This document shows positions 18,543 to 28,481 of a DNA stretch of 64,000 nucleotides, piece by piece. The stretch is taken from contig CAXGUD010000008.1 in NCBI GenBank assembly GCA_964012805.1, positions 60,067 through 124,066 on the forward strand, in the 5' to 3' direction. The stretch comes from an uncultured Bacteriovoracaceae bacterium. GTDB lineage: Bacteria; Bdellovibrionota; Bacteriovoracia; Bacteriovoracales; Bacteriovoracaceae. The notes below the pieces were generated by a model. The model made no database searches, was not told the origin of the DNA, and worked only from the letters and a program-made list of their open reading frames with translations. Position 1 is the stretch's first letter. The number at the start of each line of letters is the position of its first letter. The position numbers were made by a program, and so were the translations under genes.

Positions 18543-19973
18543 ATGAATAGTTCTCAGAAAATACGAAGAGTTTTTGACCCAATTTACGGATTTATTAGTT
18601 TAACCCCTGTTGAATGGGAGATCATACATTCTCCTTTTTATCAAAGGTTAAGGTGGATTAAACAACTTGGTTTCTCCTTCTATCTTTTTCCGGGGGCAGA
18701 GCACTCCCGCTTTGGCCATTCAATTGGTGTTATGCATAATGCACATAAGATACTTGAGTCATGCGGAAAAAGTGTTCCTGAAAGGGATCTAATGTCTTCA
18801 ACTCCGAAGAATAAGGACGTTGAGTTTCATCAGGCAATAAGGCTAGGTGCTTTAATGCACGACCTGGGAACTTTTATGTTCTCACATACAACGGAGATGG
18901 CCTACATAAAGTTTGGTGAAACAACTAAAATAAAAAATGGGAAAGGGCTTGCTGATAACCATGAACATTTAGGTTCTTTTATAATTAAAAATACAGACTT
19001 TAGAAATGGCATAACGAATATTCTTAAACAGTATGGGCATGATCCTCAAAAGATATCAAATTTAGTTAAGGGAAATTCACCAAGTGTATTGGCCAACCAA
19101 ATACTCCACTCGGAGGTTGATTGTGATAGAATGGACTATCTGTTAAGGGATGCCCATTATACTGGATTGAAATATGGTACTTACGATAGGCATTACCTCC
19201 TTCATCACTTCAAAAAGGAAACTGTGAGTGGACAGGAAATACTAACTATCAAAGAAAATGCAGCTCATTGTGTGAGTGACTTTCTTTCCTCTAGATTTAA
19301 TTGGTACTCTCAAGTTATTAGGTCTCCCAGGGGAGCTAAATATGATGCTATAGCAGAAAAGATTTGTTTTCATCTGTTGGAAGCTGGTGAAATATTCAAA
19401 TATAGTGATTTGCTGAATCTGATCGTCGATTCACCCGAGTTCTTTTATCAGTTTAATGATAGCTACTTTATAAATAAGGTGCACAGTTGTTATATGTCAG
19501 GGAAATTTGATAAGTTTCCTGATATAAAAGATATGGCATCAACTCTTTTGTTTTCTAGAGGGGCGAAAACAATTAAGACCCCAGAACTTAGGCAAGTCCT
19601 TCTTAACCAGGATGACTTCCAAAAAAACCATAAAGTTTATAAAAAAGTCCGGAGCAAAGTTGATGAACTGATTAACTTTATAGCTAAAAAGGGTGATGTG
19701 AGGGATTGGATTATCCCTGATTTACCAACAAAAGAGATTACCTTCGTAAAATCTTATAATAAAATTGTTAAGGATAAGGAAGGGCCTAATCTTCTTCTGG
19801 AGAGAGACCCCGTAAAAATAAGCTTTGAAAATGGGGATATAAAGTTATTAGCTGAAGTAGAAAACTCAATAATTTCGAGCTTACAAAAAACCAATAACTA
19901 TATTCCAAATGTCTTTTGCTCTTATTCTGCATACGATCTTTTAAGAAAAGAAGGTTTAATTGAAGAAGATTAA
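18543..19973 (+). CDS. HD-domain phosphohydrolase (SAMHD1/dNTP triphosphohydrolase-like)
   Basis: DPIYGFI, QRLRWIKQLG, FPGAEHSRFGHSIG, MHDLG, DCDRMDYLLRD. Confidence 0.9.
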   Translation: MNSSQKIRRVFDPIYGFISLTPVEWEIIHSPFYQRLRWIKQLGFSFYLFPGAEHSRFGHSIGVMHNAHKILESCGKSVPERDLMSSTPKNKDVEFHQAIRLGALMHDLGTFMFSHTTEMAYIKFGETTKIKNGKGLADNHEHLGSFIIKNTDFRNGITNILKQYGHDPQKISNLVKGNSPSVLANQILHSEVDCDRMDYLLRDAHYTGLKYGTYDRHYLLHHFKKETVSGQEILTIKENAAHCVSDFLSSRFNWYSQVIRSPRGAKYDAIAEKICFHLLEAGEIFKYSDLLNLIVDSPEFFYQFNDSYFINKVHSCYMSGKFDKFPDIKDMASTLLFSRGAKTIKTPELRQVLLNQDDFQKNHKVYKKVRSKVDELINFIAKKGDVRDWIIPDLPTKEITFVKSYNKIVKDKEGPNLLLERDPVKISFENGDIKLLAEVENSIISSLQKTNNYIPNVFCSYSAYDLLRKEGLIEED

Positions 19974-20091
19974 CACCACCTTGTGATCAAAGCCTTTCTT
20001 TTCTATTCCACTTCCCCTAAGATATAAATAGGTTTCTTTTTTTTTAAAAATCTGGTGTAAACGACCTTCTATCTTTAGGGTCCTTTGAACG

Positions 20092-20784
20092 ATGCATTTA
20101 CAAACTGGTACATCACATCGAAATAACTTTTTGAGAGGTGGAATTCTTCTGACTCTTGAGAACCTGTCCGCTACCTTTGGTCAAAAAAAGGCCCTTAGTA
20201 AAATAAATTTGAAAGTTTCCAAGGGGGAAATGCTTTTTGTGACTGGAGCATCCGGAGCTGGAAAAACAACTCTCTTAAGATGCATTGCAGGTGAAGTAGA
20301 GCCGACTAAGGGAAGGGTAAATGGGCCAGAGAGGAATGTTTTTATTTCTAGAGTTTTTCAGGATTTGAGGCTTATTCAAGACCTCAGTGTTTGGGAGAAC
20401 TTAAGGTTGTCTTTCGATTCTTTAATTTACAAAAATCAAAAGGAATTTAGTGAGGAAGCGGGGCAGTTATGCAGTTTTTTTTCTGTAAAAGACCGTTTGA
20501 ATGATAAGGTTATGAATTTGAATGGAGGTTTGAAGCAAATAATAGCACTAATTAGATCTCTTCTAAGTAAACCAGAGTTAATTTTGTTGGATGAGCCGAC
20601 TAGCTCTTTAGATACAGAGAGTGCTTTGAGAGTATTTGAAATTCTTGAAAAATTTAATGAAAAAAGTGGTCTAACTTGTATTTGGGCGACCCACAATAGA
20701 GATCTTGTAAAAAAGTTTAATGGTAATATTGCTTATTTAGATAAAGGCAAATTAATTTATTCAGGACATGCATGTTTTATCTAA
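20092..20784 (+). CDS. ftsE: FtsE-like ABC ATPase
   Basis: GASGAGKTT, VFQDLRL, LLDEPT, ATH; precedes ftsX/envC/ctpA-like genes. Signature is variant (LNGGLKQ). Confidence 0.75.
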   Translation: MHLQTGTSHRNNFLRGGILLTLENLSATFGQKKALSKINLKVSKGEMLFVTGASGAGKTTLLRCIAGEVEPTKGRVNGPERNVFISRVFQDLRLIQDLSVWENLRLSFDSLIYKNQKEFSEEAGQLCSFFSVKDRLNDKVMNLNGGLKQIIALIRSLLSKPELILLDEPTSSLDTESALRVFEILEKFNEKSGLTCIWATHNRDLVKKFNGNIAYLDKGKLIYSGHACFI

Positions 20785-21563
20785 AAGAATTTTTTAAATG
20801 TTTTCAATCAAACCCCTTTAAAATATTTTGCTTATGCATTTCTTCAATCTTACTTGGGTTATCAGTCACTCATAAGGATTTTATTCAGATAAAAATAAAA
20901 GAAAGGTTCTCGGAAGAAATTGTAACTCCTCACTTTTATGCCCTTCTTTCAAAAAAAATTGATCTAAAAAAAATGAAAAATAAATTGGGGTCTTTACCTG
21001 GAATCAAAGAAATAAATTATTTAGATGGAAAAAAGATAAAAAAAAAGGTTAATAAAGAAGTTGGAGCTTTAAGACTTAATAATGTTCTTTTTAAGAAGAA
21101 TTATACTGCTCTAAAAGTATTATTTGATTATGATCTACCTTTGGAAGGTCAAAATTTAATCAAAAAGTATTTAAGTCGGTATGTCGGCGGAATAGATATT
21201 GTTATTGGAAAAACAATTGGAGAAAAGAAATATAAAGATAGAGTTACTAAAGAAAAAATTAAAATAACGAAAATATATTGGGGAGCAGTCTTCTCACCGC
21301 TCCTAATTTATTGGATCATTTCATTTTTTATTTTTAGTAAAGGAATCTGGAAAAAAAGTTATTTGATAGAAAATTTTCAAAGAAAGAGAAATGTTCACCT
21401 AAAAATACTCCTTTCAGGCACTTTATTTCTTATAACTATTATTATGACTTTTTCTGTCATAAAAAAAGGTTCAGGGCTGCTTGGTTTTTTACTTTTAACG
21501 ATACTCTTTTTAGCTTTATCAATCCTTGCTAACTTTCAATATAGAGAGAAAAAATGGATGTGA
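20772..21563 (+). CDS. FtsX-like permease (divergent)
   Basis: TM, periplasmic loop (LGSLPGIKEINYL), then 3 TM; overlaps ftsE. Confidence 0.6.
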   Translation: MFYLKEFFKCFQSNPFKIFCLCISSILLGLSVTHKDFIQIKIKERFSEEIVTPHFYALLSKKIDLKKMKNKLGSLPGIKEINYLDGKKIKKKVNKEVGALRLNNVLFKKNYTALKVLFDYDLPLEGQNLIKKYLSRYVGGIDIVIGKTIGEKKYKDRVTKEKIKITKIYWGAVFSPLLIYWIISFFIFSKGIWKKSYLIENFQRKRNVHLKILLSGTLFLITIIMTFSVIKKGSGLLGFLLLTILFLALSILANFQYREKKWM

Positions 21564-22573
21564 TAAAGAATATGGAAAAGGCATTATTTTTCTTAGTGAT
21601 CACCATTTCATGCTTAGGGTTTAGCAATGCTGGCAAAGCAAAAAATAAAATTAATAACGTAAGAAATAAATTGTACAAACAAAAGAGTGAAATAGACTAT
21701 TTAAAGATAAAGTTTAAAAATCTAAAAAACTCCCTTGATGACAACAATAAAAACTTCTTGAAGATTCAAAAAAAGAAAGCATATATCGAGGCATCTCTCA
21801 GTAAATTAAAAAATGAGTTAGATGGTAATGAGAAAATTTTAAAAGAAAAAATAGTTGATGTACGGAAGAATTTTTCAAGCTATATCTTGTCAGAATTGGA
21901 AAATAATCAAGATTTAGAGTTCTTATTAAAGAAAAGAGATAGCCACATTGAATTAAAGAAAAAGATGGAGGAGATTAATAAAGATATAAGCTTTAATATA
22001 AATTTAAAGAATGAAATCAAAGATTTAATTTCCAAATTTGGTCAATACGACAAAAAGCAAAATGATCTTATATCTATATTAGTGTCTTTAGAAAAAGAAA
22101 AAAAAGAAGTAAAAGGAAAGTATCGATCAATTCTGAAGAAAAAGAGTGTCCTTAAAATTAAATTGAATCAGCTAAAAAATAAAGGGTCTATTCTACTTGG
22201 TAAATTAACGATACCAATAAAAAACTATTATAAATTAAAACCCAAATCAAAAGGAATTAATTTCTTTTATAAAAAAGAAGGAGTTCTTTTATCTCCTGGG
22301 AAGGGCAGAATTATTTATTCAGGAAAGCTTTCAACTTATGGTGATGTTATAATTATTGATCACGGTCATAAGGTTAACACTGTACTTTTGGGAGAATTCT
22401 CAAATGTTTTGAAAAAAGGAAATGATGTTAAAAAGGGCCAGAATATAGGATTACTTAAAAAAAGTTTAAAAAACTCGAGCCTTTATTTCGAGGTAAGAGA
22501 AAAGGGAAAAGTTAAAAATGTGATGGCGTTTTTAAAAAATAAAAATCTAAAAAGAAAGAAAAAAAATATTTAA
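21554..22573 (+). CDS. envC: EnvC-like murein hydrolase activator (coiled coil plus degenerate M23)
   Basis: Signal peptide, long coiled coil, YGDVIIIDHG and SLYFEVR; lacks Zn ligands as EnvC does. Confidence 0.75.
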   Translation: MDVIKNMEKALFFLVITISCLGFSNAGKAKNKINNVRNKLYKQKSEIDYLKIKFKNLKNSLDDNNKNFLKIQKKKAYIEASLSKLKNELDGNEKILKEKIVDVRKNFSSYILSELENNQDLEFLLKKRDSHIELKKKMEEINKDISFNINLKNEIKDLISKFGQYDKKQNDLISILVSLEKEKKEVKGKYRSILKKKSVLKIKLNQLKNKGSILLGKLTIPIKNYYKLKPKSKGINFFYKKEGVLLSPGKGRIIYSGKLSTYGDVIIIDHGHKVNTVLLGEFSNVLKKGNDVKKGQNIGLLKKSLKNSSLYFEVREKGKVKNVMAFLKNKNLKRKKKNI

Positions 22574-22585
22574 TATGAGGTTGTA

Positions 22586-23983
22586 ATGAAGGTATTTTCT
22601 ATAAAAAATATAAAATTTTTTCTAATTTGGCTTTTCGTATTTTTTATTCCTCATTCATCATATAGTTCAGATAAGAGTAAAATGAGTCGATTTGAAAAAT
22701 TAGAGCTATTTAATAAAGTTTTGTATTTGGTGGAGTCTCAATACTATAGACCAGTAGATTCAGAAAAACTAATTGAAGGTGCAATTAAAGGTATGATGAA
22801 TACCTTAGATCCTCATTCTGCTTATTTGGGAAGAGATATTTTTTCTAAGGTTCAAGAAGAAACCAAAGGAGAGTTTGGAGGCCTTGGGATTGAAGTAACT
22901 CAAAAGGATGGAATGATAATTATTATTACCCCAATAGAGGATACTCCTGCTTTTAAAGTAGGGCTAAAATCAGGCGACAGAATTGTAGAAATAAATCATG
23001 AATCAACTATTGGGTTAAATCTAGATCAAGTTGTTGAAAGAATGAGAGGGACTCCTAAAAGTAAGATAATTATTGGTGTCGTTAGAGATGGCGCTGATGG
23101 TGTAAAACGATTTACCATCGTTAGAGAAATAATTAAAATTAAGCCTGTTAAGTCCTATGTTTTAGATGAGCACTACATATGTATAAGGCTGACTCAATTT
23201 CAGAAAAACTCCTCAAAAATGATTGAAAAGGCTTTGATTAGATTAAAAAAAGGTTCAGTAAAAAACCAAAAGCTTAAAGGTATTATTTTAGATTTAAGGG
23301 CCAACCCTGGAGGTTTACTGGAAGAAGCTATAAACCTATCGTCTCTTTTTTTAAAAGAAGGCCTTGTTGTTATGATCGAAGGAAAAGATTCAAAGAATAG
23401 GGAGAAAAGATACGTAAAAAAAGGTGGCTTTAAAAACTTGGATACACCGATTGTTCTTTTAATAAATGGGGCGAGTGCATCAGCTTCAGAGATTGTAGCT
23501 GGCGCCTTGCAGGACCAAAAGAGGGCAGTCCTAATGGGGAGTCGCTCTTTTGGTAAGGGCTCAGTACAAACAGTTGCAAAAATAGACGATGAGAAGGGAG
23601 TTAAACTGACAATTGCTCAATACATGACGCCAAGTGGTAAGAAAATACAGGCAATCGGAATCGACCCTGATGTTGTTGTCGAGCAGTTAGATAATGCATG
23701 GAGAGGCATGGCCAAAAAAGGTAATTTCATTAGAGAAAAAGACCTTAGGAATCACTTAACTGCTACTATCGAAACTGAAAATGAAAAAATAGAAAGGGAA
23801 AAAAGAGAAAAGTCAGAGAGAATAGAAAGAGTAAAAAAATTAAATATTAAAAAAAGGCTTAAAAAAATACAAAAAGAATCAAAAAAGAAAGAATTTGTTT
23901 ATAGGAAATATAACCCACAGGACGATTTTCAGGTGATGCAAGCACTAAATTTTCTAAAAGGTGTTGCTAAATTAAATAATTGA
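22586..23983 (+). CDS. ctpA: carboxyl-terminal processing protease (S41, CtpA-like)
   Basis: LDPHSAY, PDZ (GGLGIEV), DLRANPGGLL, SASASEIVAGALQD, SFGKGSVQ. Confidence 0.92.
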   Translation: MKVFSIKNIKFFLIWLFVFFIPHSSYSSDKSKMSRFEKLELFNKVLYLVESQYYRPVDSEKLIEGAIKGMMNTLDPHSAYLGRDIFSKVQEETKGEFGGLGIEVTQKDGMIIIITPIEDTPAFKVGLKSGDRIVEINHESTIGLNLDQVVERMRGTPKSKIIIGVVRDGADGVKRFTIVREIIKIKPVKSYVLDEHYICIRLTQFQKNSSKMIEKALIRLKKGSVKNQKLKGIILDLRANPGGLLEEAINLSSLFLKEGLVVMIEGKDSKNREKRYVKKGGFKNLDTPIVLLINGASASASEIVAGALQDQKRAVLMGSRSFGKGSVQTVAKIDDEKGVKLTIAQYMTPSGKKIQAIGIDPDVVVEQLDNAWRGMAKKGNFIREKDLRNHLTATIETENEKIEREKREKSERIERVKKLNIKKRLKKIQKESKKKEFVYRKYNPQDDFQVMQALNFLKGVAKLNN

Positions 23984-24001
23984 TTAGACATTGTTACGCT
24001 T

Positions 24002-25279
24002 ATGAAAACTTTAACTGTATCTGAAGCTGTTTTAAGCGTTAAAAATGTATTAGAGAAAGAAATAGGTTACCTTCTAATTCAAGGTGAAGTTACAAATTTG
24101 AGTAGCTCTGGCGCCGGGCACTATTACTTCTCCTTAGCCGATTCTGAGTCAATTCTTTCCGCGGCTCTGTTTAGAATGGACGCTTACAGAAACCCATCCT
24201 TAAAAAACCTTAAGTCAGGTGATAAGGTTGTTTGTTATGGGCGCATAAATGTTTACCCAAAAAAAGGAACTTTCCAGTTAATTGTTAATAGAATAAATCC
24301 AGTTGGAAAGGGGGAGCTTAAGGAAAGGTTTGAGCGTTTAAAGATGAAATTGTCTAGAGAAGGACTTTTTGATGTCGACAAAAAAAAATCGATTCCTCGC
24401 TTTCCTAAAAAAATAGGCTTAATAACTTCTAGAGAGGGAGCTGCAGTTCAGGATTTTCTTAAAGTTTATAAAAGAAGATCATTATGGGGACATGTTGTAG
24501 TAAGTCCTGCTTTAGTACAAGGAGAAAAGGCTCCATCAAGTTTGAGGAAGGCTCTTGAGAAGCTGATTCGTTATGATTTTTCTCTACCTGAAAATGAAAA
24601 ATTTGATGCTCTTATTTTAACGAGAGGTGGTGGAAGTTTAGAAGACTTATGGGCTTTTAATGATGAAGCTTTAGCTTGGGATATATTTAATTGTCCTATT
24701 CCAATTATAAGCGCTGTTGGGCACGAAGTAGATTTTACTATTTCAGATTTTGTTTCCGATTTTAGGTGTGAAACACCCTCAACTGCTGCTGAGCTTTTGT
24801 CTGAAGGGCAAACTCAAATTAAAAGGCAATTGATGTATTTTTCTAAAAGCCTTTTATCTGCAATAGAAACTAAATTAATAACTCTGAAAAGAAAGACTGA
24901 AAGAAGTTCTCCATCGGCTATTTTAAGGGAAATATGGAAGTTATTTAATTTTTATGAAAGAAAACTTCAAAAATTTGATTTAAAAAATAGACCTTTTGAG
25001 CTTTTGAAGATGTATGAGAAAAATCAAAGGTTAGATGAATTACAAAACGCACTTGAGAAAACTATTGAAAAAGAAATGGCCACAAAAAATAATTTTTTAG
25101 AAAAAGTTTTTGAGATGTTAAGGTTACTTGATCCAAGCAATATTTTAGGTAGAGGATATACCTATTTGATTTCTAATAAAAAAGTCGTGAGTAATTACTC
25201 TCAATTTGATAAGATCAAGAGCAATGAACCCCTTGAGATCGTTTTTAAAGATGGTAGGGGGAAAGTAAAAAAAAGTTAA
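24002..25279 (+). CDS. xseA: exodeoxyribonuclease VII large subunit
   Basis: GEVTNL...GHYYFSL, RGGGSLEDLWAFNDE, SAVGHEVDFTISDFV, TPSTAAE. Confidence 0.95.
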   Translation: MKTLTVSEAVLSVKNVLEKEIGYLLIQGEVTNLSSSGAGHYYFSLADSESILSAALFRMDAYRNPSLKNLKSGDKVVCYGRINVYPKKGTFQLIVNRINPVGKGELKERFERLKMKLSREGLFDVDKKKSIPRFPKKIGLITSREGAAVQDFLKVYKRRSLWGHVVVSPALVQGEKAPSSLRKALEKLIRYDFSLPENEKFDALILTRGGGSLEDLWAFNDEALAWDIFNCPIPIISAVGHEVDFTISDFVSDFRCETPSTAAELLSEGQTQIKRQLMYFSKSLLSAIETKLITLKRKTERSSPSAILREIWKLFNFYERKLQKFDLKNRPFELLKMYEKNQRLDELQNALEKTIEKEMATKNNFLEKVFEMLRLLDPSNILGRGYTYLISNKKVVSNYSQFDKIKSNEPLEIVFKDGRGKVKKS

Positions 25280-25281
25280 TA

Positions 25282-26247
25282 ATGAGGTCATTTTTAAGAA
25301 GGTGTCATGTGAATCTCTCAAAATTTTATATGCTTCTTTCTCTTTGCCTTTTTTTTTCATGTTCTCGTTTTGATGTAGAAGAAAGAGACTTTTCGAAATC
25401 AAGTCAAATAGATTCTTTTGAACATGTTCCTGAAGTAATCAAAAAAATAAGAGAGAAAAAGGTCATCAGGTTTAAAACTAAAAATTTAGAGATTAGACCC
25501 GGAGAAGTTGTAAGGCTTGATTTAAAAAATACTCCTGTTTCAGACCTAGGTAAAATTAATTGTAAAGATAAGGAAGTGCCTTTTATTAAGACTGGAGAGA
25601 CCATTACTTTTTACGTTTCAGAAAGTTATTTTTCTAATTTTAAACCATTTAGTTGCGAATATCTTTTAGATGATAATCCAAAAATTAATCTGGTAACTTT
25701 TGAAGTGAAGTCAAAAAAATTTCCTTTTGAAAAATTAAATGTCAATAAGAGGAAGGTTTTTTATTCTAAGAAAGATTTGAAGAGGATTATAAAAGAGAAA
25801 AAAGAATTAGATAATATTTATAATAATGGATCAAAAAAACCTTATTTTAAAAAACCATTTAAAATTCCTTTAAGATCAAAAGTAACTAGCATTTATGGTA
25901 CAAAGAGGTTGTTTAATAACAATAAGAAGAGTCAGCATTTAGGAACAGATTATAGAGCAAGAATAGGGCATCCTATTAGGAGTTCTAATTCAGGTATGGT
26001 TGTTCTTTCTAAAAATCTATTTTTTTCAGGTAATACAGTTATCTTAGATCATGGCATGGGAATTTTTACTCTCTACGGACACCTTTCGAAGTCTATTGCC
26101 AAATTGGGGCAGTTTATCGATAAAAATGGTCTTTTAGGAGCTGCAGGTATGACTGGAAGAGTAACAGGTCCACATCTTCATTGGGGTGTTAAGGTTCATG
26201 GAAAATGGGTCGATGGTAACTCTCTAGTTAATCCAATAAAAATGTAG
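25282..26247 (+). CDS. M23 family metallopeptidase (probable lipoprotein)
   Basis: FFSC lipobox-like; HLGTD, YGHLS, TGPHLHW Zn motifs intact. Confidence 0.9.
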   Translation: MRSFLRRCHVNLSKFYMLLSLCLFFSCSRFDVEERDFSKSSQIDSFEHVPEVIKKIREKKVIRFKTKNLEIRPGEVVRLDLKNTPVSDLGKINCKDKEVPFIKTGETITFYVSESYFSNFKPFSCEYLLDDNPKINLVTFEVKSKKFPFEKLNVNKRKVFYSKKDLKRIIKEKKELDNIYNNGSKKPYFKKPFKIPLRSKVTSIYGTKRLFNNNKKSQHLGTDYRARIGHPIRSSNSGMVVLSKNLFFSGNTVILDHGMGIFTLYGHLSKSIAKLGQFIDKNGLLGAAGMTGRVTGPHLHWGVKVHGKWVDGNSLVNPIKM

Positions 26248-26257
26248 GAATGCTTTT

Positions 26258-26632
26258 GTGTCAAACTTACTGTCAATTACAACCGTTTTCATCGGAGGAG
26301 GCTTAGGAGCATTATTGAGATGGAGTTTGAGCTCTATTGTAAGTAATCATTTTAAGATTTTTTGGGCAGGTACGCTTTTTGTCAATTTACTGGGATCACT
26401 TATCTTCTTTCTCTTATCAAAAATAGAACTGCCATCTTTTCCAATAAACTTGAGTTTAGCATTAAAGACAGGCTTATTAGGCTCTCTTACAACCTTTAGT
26501 ACCTTCTCTTATGAAATAATCAGTCTATTTAGAGATGGAAAAATGTTAGAAGGGCTATTAGTCGCTCTATTAAACCTCTTATTTTCCATTCTTATGGGAG
26601 TTTTGATTTTTAAAGATGATATTCTTATCTAA
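26258..26632 (+). CDS. crcB: fluoride channel Fluc/CrcB
   Basis: GGGLGALLR, GTLFVNLLGS, TGLLGSLTTFSTFSYE. Confidence 0.92.
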   Translation: MSNLLSITTVFIGGGLGALLRWSLSSIVSNHFKIFWAGTLFVNLLGSLIFFLLSKIELPSFPINLSLALKTGLLGSLTTFSTFSYEIISLFRDGKMLEGLLVALLNLLFSILMGVLIFKDDILI

Positions 26633-26656
26633 AACTTTGCAAGGCAAAAAGATCTT

Positions 26657-27997
26657 CTAATAGATATACTCAAGAGGGAAGTTAAAATCATTTTGTTTAA
26701 CCGATGAAAAAGAGTCTAGCTTTTCTAATAACTCAGTACTTTCTGCGAGGCTAGCTCCATCAAAAAGCAGAATGTTTTCTGAGTTTTCAATGTTTTGTTG
26801 AATTAAGTTCATTAGAAAAGTTTTTATTTGAGGATCTATCCCATTTTTTTTATGTTTATTTTTTTTAAATTTAGCATATTTTGATTTTGCATATTGAAGC
26901 AGCTTCTTCTTATGGCCTGGATATCTGAATATAAGCCCTGACTTTTTATGTAGTGAAAATAATGGATAGACTATAAATTGTTCGGGAACCAAATGTCTTA
27001 TGACTAAGAACTTACCTTTAAGTTCATTTTGTGGGCGTTTTTTTGAGCTTTCGTTAAGAAATTCGTTTTCTAATAGATTTAAAATTTCAGTTTTGAGCTC
27101 ATTTTTAAACTTTGAAAATATACTAGAAAAGGAAACAATGGCTTCAAACAACGTTCCAAAAAGTTTTATCGTGATGACTTCCCATTCTAGGGTATTAAGT
27201 TTCTCGATGAGAAGGTCTTGCTCTTTTGGTGAGTTTGCACAAGGGATGGAGAAAAGAATGATTCCATTTTTTCCCTTAATGCTAATAAGAAAGGGCATTT
27301 TAATCTCTGACAAATCTTTTTTTATCTGATTTCTAGGTATCTGTTTTTTTATATGGATTTTATCAAGTTCAAATTTATTTCTAGGGTAATAAAGGTGATT
27401 TACTTTCGTTATTCCCTTTTTAATAAAGATGTTGAGGAAATGAATTAATAGTTCTGCTGTTGCGAGAGCATCATCTAAAGCTCTGTGGGCTTTTGCATGT
27501 TTAATCGCGAAGATTCGGCTCATATAATTGAGGTTCGAGTTCAGTAGGTTTGGTATAAGATTTTTGGTCATTAAATTTGTACATATACTTCGGTTTTTCC
27601 TTTCCGGTAAATTAAGTCTCCGTAAAACTGAATTGAAGAAAGGGACATCAAAAGAAGTATTGTGTGCCACAAGAACTGAGTTACCCATAAAGTCTAGGAT
27701 ATCTTGAATAACTTCATGTATTTTTGGGCAACTTTCGACATCACTTTGACTTATAGAGGTTAGTTTTTGGATAAAGTCCGGTATTTTAATTTCAGGGTTT
27801 ATGAGAAAGTGCTTTTTTTTAATAATTTTTAGGTTTTGTATTTTAATTAAGCCAATCTCTATTATTTTATCGTGGTTATGGTTGCCACCAGTAGTTTCTA
27901 AATCAAAAACACAGAAGTCGATCCCTTTTAATAAGCTTATTGAATGTTCTTCTAGGACAGCTGGGTGGTGGTCTTCAAAAATTCTTTGTTTTTCCAT
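26657..27997 (-). CDS. DEDDh 3'-5' exonuclease (DnaQ/PolC-like) with extended C-terminus
   Basis: VFDLETTG, IIEIG, VAHNTSFD, AHRALDDA; about 250 additional C-terminal residues. Confidence 0.88.
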   Translation of the reverse strand: MEKQRIFEDHHPAVLEEHSISLLKGIDFCVFDLETTGGNHNHDKIIEIGLIKIQNLKIIKKKHFLINPEIKIPDFIQKLTSISQSDVESCPKIHEVIQDILDFMGNSVLVAHNTSFDVPFFNSVLRRLNLPERKNRSICTNLMTKNLIPNLLNSNLNYMSRIFAIKHAKAHRALDDALATAELLIHFLNIFIKKGITKVNHLYYPRNKFELDKIHIKKQIPRNQIKKDLSEIKMPFLISIKGKNGIILFSIPCANSPKEQDLLIEKLNTLEWEVITIKLFGTLFEAIVSFSSIFSKFKNELKTEILNLLENEFLNESSKKRPQNELKGKFLVIRHLVPEQFIVYPLFSLHKKSGLIFRYPGHKKKLLQYAKSKYAKFKKNKHKKNGIDPQIKTFLMNLIQQNIENSENILLFDGASLAESTELLEKLDSFSSVKQNDFNFPLEYIY

Positions 27998-28072
27998 ATT
28001 GAATATGTCTGCATGTTACAATTCTTAAGTGATATTTTACAAGCTTCTTAACAAAAATTGGATAGGGAAGTA

Positions 28073-28474
28073 TTATTCCTTTGAGTGATATGTGTCTGGT
28101 GTATATGCTAAGGGCATTAAATCCTTAAATTTCATAGTTGTTTCCTGCCCTTTTTCATCACCAATGATGACCTCTAGATTTTCGTCGGCAAACTCACTCA
28201 TTACTTGTCTGCAGAAACCACAGGGTGGCCAACCTTGCTTTGTATAGATGTAGACCTTTTTAATTCTTTGTTCACCTTCAGAAATGGCTTTCCAAATAGC
28301 AACTCTTTCAGCGCAAACAGTTCCACCAAAGCTGCTATTTTCAACATTACAGCCGTAAAAGTAACTCCCTGAGCTTGTTAGAATGGCACTTCCAACTTTG
28401 GCCTTGGAGTAGGGAGAGTGAGAGTTTTGAGATGCTTTAATTGCTAATTCACGGAGCTTTGAGTTTTGATCCAT
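28073..28474 (-). CDS. cdd: cytidine deaminase
   Basis: PYSKAKVGSA, GCNVEN, CAERVA, PCGFCRQ; probable ATG at 28474 (ORF track 28519). Confidence 0.95.
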   Translation of the reverse strand: MDQNSKLRELAIKASQNSHSPYSKAKVGSAILTSSGSYFYGCNVENSSFGGTVCAERVAIWKAISEGEQRIKKVYIYTKQGWPPCGFCRQVMSEFADENLEVIIGDEKGQETTMKFKDLMPLAYTPDTYHSKE

Positions 28475-28481
28475 AACTGGT

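Noticed and set aside
20772..22573. Very AT-rich stretch as a horizontally acquired island
   Set aside because: Explained by Lys/Asn/Ile-rich FtsX- and EnvC-like proteins within the conserved ftsEX-envC-ctpA order.
21554..22573. Missing Zn ligands in the M23 domain as a novel pseudoenzyme
   Set aside because: A degenerate LytM domain is the normal state of EnvC.
26248..26257. Fluoride riboswitch upstream of crcB
   Set aside because: Only 10 bp of intergenic space and no recognisable aptamer.
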